Below, piece after piece: positions 57,522-64,000 of a DNA stretch of 64,000 bases (its first letter is position 1; every line of letters starts with the position of its first letter). The position numbers and the translations under genes are program-made. The notes under the pieces were generated by a model. It had not been told where the DNA came from and searched no databases. It saw nothing but the letters and a program-made list of their open reading frames with translations. The stretch comes from a virus. The stretch lies in the IMG/VR virus record IMGVR_UViG_3300023243_000351. One strand, written 5' to 3'.

Positions 57522-57571
57522 CAAGGGAACCGACATAAAAGGAGCTAACAAAAATGTCGGTTTACTGCTCG
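57485..57571 (-). ncRNA. Candidate 3'-UTR small RNA with anti-Shine-Dalgarno loop
   Basis: 9-bp stem AACCGACAU/AUGUCGGUU around loop UUUUGUUAGCUCCUUUU, followed by a terminator. Confidence 0.45.
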
Positions 57572-58609
57572 TTAAGCACTCTTCATACAAGTTGACTCTG
57601 TCATTGCTTTCCAGTTACCCGGGAAGCTCTTGTATAATTGTGCAATCTTAATCGCCATACGCAAACTCATTTCACGTAATCTGCTCTTGTTAGTATCCAT
57701 AAACTCAATAATATCATCTTGTCCACATTGTTCAATATCCATCTCAGCAAACAATGCACCACTCTTAGCAATCTGTTTGATACGCAATATTTTATCACGC
57801 ATACTGTCCAGTGTAAGATCCAAGTAGTGACATCGTGACTGCAATGCATCCAAGTGATCACGTAGTTTCTGTGAGCGTACCTTGTCAAACTTCAAATTGG
57901 TGATAAAAATCACACTGCCTTTGAAATAGAACGAGTCGGGTATGCCTTCGCTACGCAATACTCTGGATTCTGCTAACCAACTTATCTTGCGTTTCTTACC
58001 TGAGTCCAACGCACCCTTGAGCAAGTTAAGAGAAACGTCATCCAGTAGGATTGAGTCACAGTCATCAAACACAACCAAACAGTTCTTATCCGAATACTTG
58101 TAAAGTGTTTGGTATAAGCCAATTGGTGTTGCGGCACCTTTAACCACTTCTGCTCGTAGCCTGCGTCCTGCAATCTGATCAAACAGTGTAGCCTTTTCAA
58201 TCTCTTTCTCCACACCGTAACTCTTACCAACTCCTGGAGGGCCGCTAACGATCATTGCTGTAATCTCGTTTTGTGTTGCGGCTTTGGTCATGTCCTCTAG
58301 TATTTGAAAACGCTGAGCAATCTGTTCAATACGTTCTGCGTCACCTACATTAGCATTTGGATCTGCTTCAGCCTGTGTAACCAATTGCTGTACTGCTGTG
58401 TCTGAGTCAGTTGTGAACTCGTAGTCAGCCACACTGCTTAATTTAATACGAAGTTTTTCTGGGCACCCAGGAAACTGGTTACCATTTTCTACTGTTACGA
58501 ATCCACCGTTGGTGCCAGGTTGGAACTGTTTTACTAGTTGGAAGGTCTTTCCACTGACATCCATATTGCGATATGAACCGTTTTTAATTTTTATATACGC
58601 TGTAGACAT
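57572..58609 (-). CDS. AAA+-type ATPase
   Basis: GPPGVGKS, VFDDCD, FITN, ALQSR. Confidence 0.85.
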   Translation of the reverse strand: MSTAYIKIKNGSYRNMDVSGKTFQLVKQFQPGTNGGFVTVENGNQFPGCPEKLRIKLSSVADYEFTTDSDTAVQQLVTQAEADPNANVGDAERIEQIAQRFQILEDMTKAATQNEITAMIVSGPPGVGKSYGVEKEIEKATLFDQIAGRRLRAEVVKGAATPIGLYQTLYKYSDKNCLVVFDDCDSILLDDVSLNLLKGALDSGKKRKISWLAESRVLRSEGIPDSFYFKGSVIFITNLKFDKVRSQKLRDHLDALQSRCHYLDLTLDSMRDKILRIKQIAKSGALFAEMDIEQCGQDDIIEFMDTNKSRLREMSLRMAIKIAQLYKSFPGNWKAMTESTCMKSA

Positions 58610-58663
58610 ATATTGCTCCTTTGAAAATTATAAAATTAACAGTTGTTTTCTTATTATATGTGT

Positions 58664-58692
58664 ATTATAGACTCGTTTGGTCCTTCTGTCAA
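58664..58692 (-). promoter_or_regulatory. Consensus sigma70 early promoter
   Basis: TTGACA (58687-58692), 17-bp spacer, TATAAT (58664-58669). Confidence 0.85.
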
Positions 58693-58697
58693 CCTTT

Positions 58698-58865
58698 TTA
58701 ATGTACCATTTCCCTCACATCCACATCACACTCAACTACCCAATCGTTAAATTGGGTAAACTTATTAACTTCTACACCTAAACCAACTGCTTCATTTACA
58801 AAATGTTGTAGTAGCGAATTATAAAGTTCGTCTGGCATAGATTCTTCATCAAACTTAATTTTCAT
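58698..58865 (-). CDS. Hypothetical protein
   Basis: MKIKFDEES..., SD AGGAG, TAATG overlap. Confidence 0.55.
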   Translation of the reverse strand: MKIKFDEESMPDELYNSLLQHFVNEAVGLGVEVNKFTQFNDWVVECDVDVREMVH

Positions 58866-59158
58866 TATAACGCTCCTGTCCATCTAATTTCAAAATCTTC
58901 TAATATGTTACCACGTGCAAAGTTGGTTGCTGGTGCGGCATAACATGCGGCTTTAAGTATGTCACCCTTGCGAAACTTTACACCGTCCTGCTTAACAATA
59001 AAACTGTGAACACAGCGGTGGCTGGTAACTTTGTAATACTTCTTGCCTTCACGGATCTCAATACCGTCAGCAAACTCTTTCTGCATGTCTACATTATCGC
59101 AACGACTGTTGTAGTCTTGAATCATTTTTTGCTTTAGGATTTCTAATTGTTGTTCCAT
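58865..59158 (-). CDS. Hypothetical early protein
   Basis: GKKYYKV, VHSFI, KGDILKAA.Y.APA..ARGNI; start 59158 after AAGGAG. Confidence 0.7.
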   Translation of the reverse strand: MEQQLEILKQKMIQDYNSRCDNVDMQKEFADGIEIREGKKYYKVTSHRCVHSFIVKQDGVKFRKGDILKAACYAAPATNFARGNILEDFEIRWTGAL

Positions 59159-59171
59159 TTTAATCTCCTTA

Positions 59172-59405
59172 TTATTCACAAAAGTCAAATGCGTATTCGT
59201 CAGTGTCACCGCATCTGTTCATTTCCACGTTGCCGTATACTGCACGTAGTTGGATCAGTACACTTTTCATTGCATCCATTGTCATACCATTAATAAACAT
59301 TGTACCGTTGTACCAGTTTCTCCAGTAGAACTCGTCTTTAACTACTGTATCAAGAACTGTATCAACGTCTTGCTCTACCATAAGTTCGAATGCGTTATCA
59401 GTCAT
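59172..59405 (-). CDS. Hypothetical early protein
   Basis: SD AAGGAG directly behind an early promoter. Confidence 0.65.
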   Translation of the reverse strand: MTDNAFELMVEQDVDTVLDTVVKDEFYWRNWYNGTMFINGMTMDAMKSVLIQLRAVYGNVEMNRCGDTDEYAFDFCE

Positions 59406-59472
59406 TTTGTTTAGCTCCTTACTAGTTAATATACTTACGTATTATAGACGATTTTGGACAACAAGTCAACCA
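59406..59472 (-). promoter_or_regulatory. Sigma70-type early promoter, repeated leader module
   Basis: TTGACT (59464-59469), 17-bp spacer, TATAAT (59441-59446). Confidence 0.85.
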
Positions 59473-59510
59473 AAATTATAAGTTGTTTACAATCAGCTAG
59501 TTACGTGTGC

Positions 59511-59840
59511 TTACTTTTCTTTTTTAATGCTGTATATGATGCCTTGCGGTGTCTTTTGAGTAGTAATACCTTCCGCTTTCCAATGTGCATCAAGTTCAGC
59601 TAACATTTTTTTATCCGCTACCCTAGCGTTTTCTACTTTAATTGCTATTTTAGTTTTACGAAATGTTTTGTGAACTTGCTTGTGATAATAAATTAATTCA
59701 AGTGCAAGACGCATCTGTTCAGCTTTTAATTGTTGTGCTTGTGAATAATTTTGCTTGTGCATATTGCTAGTACCGACTGCGTTCATACGTGCCGCCCAAG
59801 CAAACTGTCCTGCGCTTCTGTTGTTAGTAGTATCGTCCAT
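59511..59840 (-). CDS. Hypothetical early protein
   Basis: Start ATG 59840 after AAGGAGCTAA. Confidence 0.65.
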   Translation of the reverse strand: MDDTTNNRSAGQFAWAARMNAVGTSNMHKQNYSQAQQLKAEQMRLALELIYYHKQVHKTFRKTKIAIKVENARVADKKMLAELDAHWKAEGITTQKTPQGIIYSIKKEK

Positions 59841-59916
59841 TTTTAGCTCCTTATTAGTATTATTAATAACTGTACTACAAGTGCTATTATAGGCTATTTT
59901 GGACAAACCGTCAACC
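59841..59916 (-). promoter_or_regulatory. Sigma70-type early promoter, repeated leader module
   Basis: TTGACG (59909-59914), 17-bp spacer, TATAAT (59886-59891). Confidence 0.85.
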
Positions 59917-61083
59917 GTTTATTTTATTAAGTAAATTCAACAACTTAGCGGACTTATCAGATAGGAAATGCTGTTGATTGTGAAGGAGAATTTTACGCAT
60001 GTCATGCTGATCAACCATGTGTTCCGAGTGGCTCATGCGGCTGATTTGTTCTACAGTATGTAAACATTGTTTTAGACGTTGTTCCGGATCTTCTATGCTG
60101 TCATAACTTTCGTCTATATAATCCCCAAACGTCTTATAGCCCAACTCATGTAGTAATTGTAAACTACCCGATGCTCCAACAATAACAAATGGTTGTAGGT
60201 TTAGTATGGGCTTGAATGTTTTCTCAGTTAAGAACAAGTTATTGATGTGTGTTTCAACAATCACATTATAATATGCCTCCTGAAAGAAACGTGTATCTAT
60301 TAGTTTGTGTGAGTTGTGTTCGTAGTCTTGTAAATCATCACAACGATATGGTGGAGTAAATCTTTCTAATACGGTATGGTCCCAAGTATCCCAATTACCA
60401 GTATCACTGTCCCTTGTTTCGTATTCAACTTGGTACTTGCGGTCTGTGTAACTAAAGTATGCGTCATCAACAAGCCCATGTTCGACTAGTGTTGCGGCAA
60501 ACAATCTTCTAAATGGTTTGTCCACACGGTTAAGACAAGTAAACTTTTTGCTTCTAATATCTGTGTTAACTTGCATCACATAGCCACCATCTGCATGCAA
60601 GTACTTGTAGTAGAGTTCGTCGTCTGGAAAATAAGAATAAAACTCGCCCTCTACTAGGGCATTAGCAATAGTAAACTTGAACTGTTGATACGGTATGTTA
60701 TGTTTTGTTAGTTGCTCACGTATACACCGATCAATATGCCAATCAATGTTGTCGCCTTCGCTGTAATAGAACCATATAGTGCATAAGCCTTGTCGTGCCA
60801 ATTCTTTAGCACGGTCACTTACCAATGCAATATAATCTATACTTGGGTCAAAGTAATTTAGATTTACAGGATATACACACTGTTCGGTTACATCACGTAC
60901 ATGTTCAACACGGTACTTGATATTGTGTTTCCAAAGATATCGCAGGAATCTAAATTCGTAACTGTACGGCGGGGAGATAGCAAGGTCCCACCATTGCTCG
61001 CTTCTAAATTCAATAGTGTTGTCTGTAACTAAGTTTGGTAAGTAGACACCCCCACGTTCGTAGGTGTCAAATACAAATATCAT
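59911..61083 (-). CDS. Glycosyltransferase-like protein (ET..TEK..KP family), paralog 2
   Basis: FTCLNR, VIVET, LTEKTFKPI, GYKTF..YIDESYD. Confidence 0.6.
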   Translation of the reverse strand: MIFVFDTYERGGVYLPNLVTDNTIEFRSEQWWDLAISPPYSYEFRFLRYLWKHNIKYRVEHVRDVTEQCVYPVNLNYFDPSIDYIALVSDRAKELARQGLCTIWFYYSEGDNIDWHIDRCIREQLTKHNIPYQQFKFTIANALVEGEFYSYFPDDELYYKYLHADGGYVMQVNTDIRSKKFTCLNRVDKPFRRLFAATLVEHGLVDDAYFSYTDRKYQVEYETRDSDTGNWDTWDHTVLERFTPPYRCDDLQDYEHNSHKLIDTRFFQEAYYNVIVETHINNLFLTEKTFKPILNLQPFVIVGASGSLQLLHELGYKTFGDYIDESYDSIEDPEQRLKQCLHTVEQISRMSHSEHMVDQHDMRKILLHNQQHFLSDKSAKLLNLLNKING

Positions 61084-61439
61084 TTTTGACTATCACCAGG
61101 GCGAACCCTGTAATTATCCTCTACAGAGTCAGGTGTGCTGACTTCTATTATGGTACCTGCAACATCACAGATAATTTGGTGTGGGAGCAAAGGCACGTTG
61201 CGCCAAGTGTCGCCAGGCTTTAGTTTTATTTCTTTCTCTGAAGCGTCTTTGGTGTCAATATACTTAACGGTATACTCACCGTCCCATACATACCATGTCT
61301 CATCTTTTTCACTATGGAAATGCATACTGAACCTTGCTCCTTGATTAAATTTCATTAGTTTACCACAGTACTTGTCGTTGGTAGCCCATATGAGTTCATG
61401 TCCCCAACCTTTTTGCACAAAGCCTTCTAGTCTAGCCAT
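61080..61439 (-). CDS. Cupin, sugar-isomerase-like
   Basis: KGWGHE, SMHFH..KDETW, PH, IIEVST.D...DNYR. Confidence 0.8.
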   Translation of the reverse strand: MARLEGFVQKGWGHELIWATNDKYCGKLMKFNQGARFSMHFHSEKDETWYVWDGEYTVKYIDTKDASEKEIKLKPGDTWRNVPLLPHQIICDVAGTIIEVSTPDSVEDNYRVRPGDSQK

Positions 61440-61440
61440 A

Positions 61441-62196
61441 TCAAAAGTATGTTATGTTGTTACGTGGAAAAAAGCATTCGTTGTTTTGTAATGGTTTGAT
61501 TTTCATAGTCTCCAACACTGCGGTCTTGCCTAAGCCCATTGCTAAACTGTAAGCTACACTTTGATTGCCCACAAATAGATCAGCACCTTCAATTACAGCG
61601 GCCATCTCTAGCATATCTTTTACTTCGTAGTGCTGTATAGGTCCAACCACGTTAACAAAATCTTCGTGTTCATGTTCGTTGCCTAGAAAAATAGCGTTTT
61701 CTCCCATCTTGCCATCGTGATACATTTTTTGCCACATAGCATCACCACGTTGTAAATCTCTATAACGCATGGTGCGATTGACCACAACAGGTGCTACCTT
61801 GTTGGATGCGGCTGTTAACCAAGTTTTGTCGTAATCCTCTACTTTAAATTCTATCTTGTGTGTGATACACATGGCCTGCACGTAGTTGCCTTCGAACCCT
61901 CTAAACAGCACACCGCGGAACTTGTCTAAATCAACATCGTGAGTACCGTCCCATACTATCACATCATCAATGTACGGCTGTGCCAACAACAACGGTTTCA
62001 GCATGTCAAAATCTGCTTGTGTAAAGCGACCTCGGTGTGCTTCATCTACTTCTTCAGGTTTGTATGCGTAATCACTTACACAGTTTTCTATATTGTTGAG
62101 TGCAATAGCAATAGTGCCTCCACCCATGCGTTCCACAGCAAACAAACTGTAGATCAAATCACCGAATGTTCCCGAATGTTTATATACTTTGCTCAT
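61441..62196 (-). CDS. Glycosyltransferase family 9-like protein
   Basis: HSGTFGDLIY; MAAVIEGADLFVGNQS. Confidence 0.65.
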   Translation of the reverse strand: MSKVYKHSGTFGDLIYSLFAVERMGGGTIAIALNNIENCVSDYAYKPEEVDEAHRGRFTQADFDMLKPLLLAQPYIDDVIVWDGTHDVDLDKFRGVLFRGFEGNYVQAMCITHKIEFKVEDYDKTWLTAASNKVAPVVVNRTMRYRDLQRGDAMWQKMYHDGKMGENAIFLGNEHEHEDFVNVVGPIQHYEVKDMLEMAAVIEGADLFVGNQSVAYSLAMGLGKTAVLETMKIKPLQNNECFFPRNNITYF

Positions 62197-63089
62197 AGAT
62201 ATTCCAATACTGCTTTTGCTATTTTGTCTGCATCAAACAGACGGCTACAACGGAAGTCTTCGGGTCCGTGTATGCAATTGATTTGTCTTACTGGTTTGGG
62301 TTGTAGTTCATTACAACCAACACAATCAATTTCACTTTTGATTGCGGTTACTTCTTTATCCCTGGGTGCTACACGCTCCGGCAGCAAGTGTGTGTGCAGA
62401 CTGACCATTTTGGTTTTACTTGCAGACGCTATGTGATATGGCCCACTGTCAATGCCTACAAAACAATCAGCACCATCCATCAACAGTTTGGTTTGCTGTA
62501 GATTTAGTTTCCCTCTTGCATCCACAAACAATGGGTGATCAACCGTGCCATCCTGCTCACTGCCAACACATACAATTTTAAAGTCTACACGTTCAGTAAA
62601 CAACTTTTCAAATACTGCATACCAAGTTTCCCAAGCCATGTTTTTCATTGCCCAGTGCCACTGTCTTATGTGTATGCAGATGTACTTGTCTAGTTCATTG
62701 TCTGTCACGAACTGCTCAACCACAGTGTGGTCTTTTTGGGTAGGATACAGTTCGGGTTGCATGTTTTCAATGTTGCTTATGTCATTGCCAAATGCACGAT
62801 AGAAGTAACAATCAACGTAGTGCATGTCTTTAGCTAATTCGTATGCATCATCTAGATCAATATACATGTCATACGTACTGGGGTCAGGCATTGCATTGGT
62901 ATGATATAAATGACTTAGATGAGGATTGTTGTTAAACACATCCAAGAACTCTGTGGCCATGTCAACGGTTGAGCGTGGGAAACGTTTACGCAACTCACGT
63001 ATAACACCGGTGGCCATAATAGCATCACCTAGTGCGGCTCTGCGTCTTACCAGTATGCGTGTTTCAGGGTACTCAAGCGGTTTTTTCAT
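62193..63089 (-). CDS. Glycosyltransferase family 9 (heptosyltransferase-like)
   Basis: RRAALGDAIM, FNNNPH, FVGIDSGPYHIA. Confidence 0.85.
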   Translation of the reverse strand: MKKPLEYPETRILVRRRAALGDAIMATGVIRELRKRFPRSTVDMATEFLDVFNNNPHLSHLYHTNAMPDPSTYDMYIDLDDAYELAKDMHYVDCYFYRAFGNDISNIENMQPELYPTQKDHTVVEQFVTDNELDKYICIHIRQWHWAMKNMAWETWYAVFEKLFTERVDFKIVCVGSEQDGTVDHPLFVDARGKLNLQQTKLLMDGADCFVGIDSGPYHIASASKTKMVSLHTHLLPERVAPRDKEVTAIKSEIDCVGCNELQPKPVRQINCIHGPEDFRCSRLFDADKIAKAVLEYL

Positions 63090-63969
63090 TGTTTAAAAAG
63101 TGATCTATAGATTGATGAAGATTTTTGCCGAAGTCGTCGTTCCTATAGAGTTCAAAATTTTGTTCTATAAGTGGTTTGCAATCATTGTAGATTTCAGCAA
63201 TTTCTTCTAGTGGTTTGTTTAAAAATTCTATTAGGCTTCGGCGAGCCGCGAGCAGTCTTTGCCATGGGTGTTCTATGTCATCATAACTGGTGTCGAATAC
63301 ATGATCAAATGTGTTGTATCCTTTATCTCGTAAGTACTTAACAGCGTTATGTCCGCCTACATAAAAGAATATTTGTTTGTATGCGATACTATTAAAAACT
63401 TTCTCGCTAAAGAATATCCCAGGACACTCGTAAAATGTTTCAACGGTTAGTCCAACAAAAGCTCTGAGATAAAATGCGGGATCTGTCTTTTCAACCTGAT
63501 CAGTTGAATCTAGCGGAGGTAACGGTACACGATGTTGCATAAAAACACAGTCGTCAATGATATGCTCTCTATTTTCAACCTTGTGTGCTATGGTTTTTAC
63601 ATTCGTGTATTCATCTAGGTTTTCTTCGTCATTGTACTGTGTAATATCATGAGGTATGGCTGATTCTATGCACTTGTAATTAACAAGACTATCTTCGATA
63701 ATGTTGTTTTTGTACAGACCTGCAAGCATATATCTTCTCCACAGGATGTCTTTGGTGCTGGCCCAATAGAGTTTTTTGTCTCTAGGGTAGTTTATGTCTT
63801 GTGCAACATCTCGCCCAGATTCTATAGACTGCTTGTCGAATATTAGATTCGAGAACTGCGAGAACTGACATATTCTGTACAACCCAAACTTTAGTTCTGG
63901 AATATTGCGAGATACATTACTTAGTTTTCCGTTAATTACTATAATTTTGTTGGGTATGCATTCAGCCAA
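63073..63969 (-). CDS. Glycosyltransferase-like protein (ET..SEK family), paralog 3; N-terminus may lie beyond the window
   Basis: TVET, FSEKVF, GYNTF..VFDTSYD. Confidence 0.55.
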   Translation of the reverse strand: MAECIPNKIIVINGKLSNVSRNIPELKFGLYRICQFSQFSNLIFDKQSIESGRDVAQDINYPRDKKLYWASTKDILWRRYMLAGLYKNNIIEDSLVNYKCIESAIPHDITQYNDEENLDEYTNVKTIAHKVENREHIIDDCVFMQHRVPLPPLDSTDQVEKTDPAFYLRAFVGLTVETFYECPGIFFSEKVFNSIAYKQIFFYVGGHNAVKYLRDKGYNTFDHVFDTSYDDIEHPWQRLLAARRSLIEFLNKPLEEIAEIYNDCKPLIEQNFELYRNDDFGKNLHQSIDHFLNNEKTA

Positions 63970-64000
63970 TGAATTTAACGGGGCTACCCATCCGACGTTT

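Noticed and set aside
1-64000. tRNA or rRNA genes
   Set aside because: Intergenic gaps are short and no cloverleaf or T-loop signature was seen by eye; tRNAscan-SE would confirm
1-64000. Stop-codon reassignment
   Set aside because: Core genes are full length in code 11, and TAA, TAG and TGA all end genes
1-64000. Bacterial chromosome origin
   Set aside because: T4-type late promoters, gp41/gp61/UvsW-like genes, PAAR and dense single-strand coding point to a phage; host-like genes are isolated from their usual operons

Overview
64-kb segment of a large, AT-rich dsDNA tailed phage (T4-like/jumbo myovirus organisation, standard genetic code, probably infecting an aquatic proteobacterium). Almost all genes are on the minus strand. 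Core functions: class Ia nrdA/nrdB plus glutaredoxin, primase, DnaB/gp41-type helicase, UvsW-like helicase, gp62-like clamp-loader subunit, two nucleases, PAAR, SleB-type hydrolase, tail/fibre proteins and probable head-internal proteins. Host-like genes: bS21, RNA polymerase omega, ClpS, Hsp20, cytochrome c and a fatty-acid desaturase. There are also many glycan/small-molecule modification enzymes (radical SAM, amidinotransferase, UDP-sugar dehydrogenase, GT9, SGNH-like, PIG-L, PRMT-like). Main findings: (1) a curli-type secretion operon (CsgF, CsgG, two curlins) coupled to a FecR protein and a CHASE2 adenylate cyclase, with a nearby stand-alone copy of the cyclase tail, suggesting a phage trans-envelope cAMP signalling system; (2) a 3'-UTR hairpin RNA whose loop is complementary to the AAGGAGCUAA ribosome-binding sites of early genes, in a genome where many middle/late genes look leaderless and bS21 is encoded; (3) a probable virion-packaged Pol-beta nucleotidyltransferase/ligase-like fusion; (4) a ubiquitin-like domain protein; (5) a miniature DnaE catalytic core. 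All calls come from reading motifs by eye; no database searches were run.
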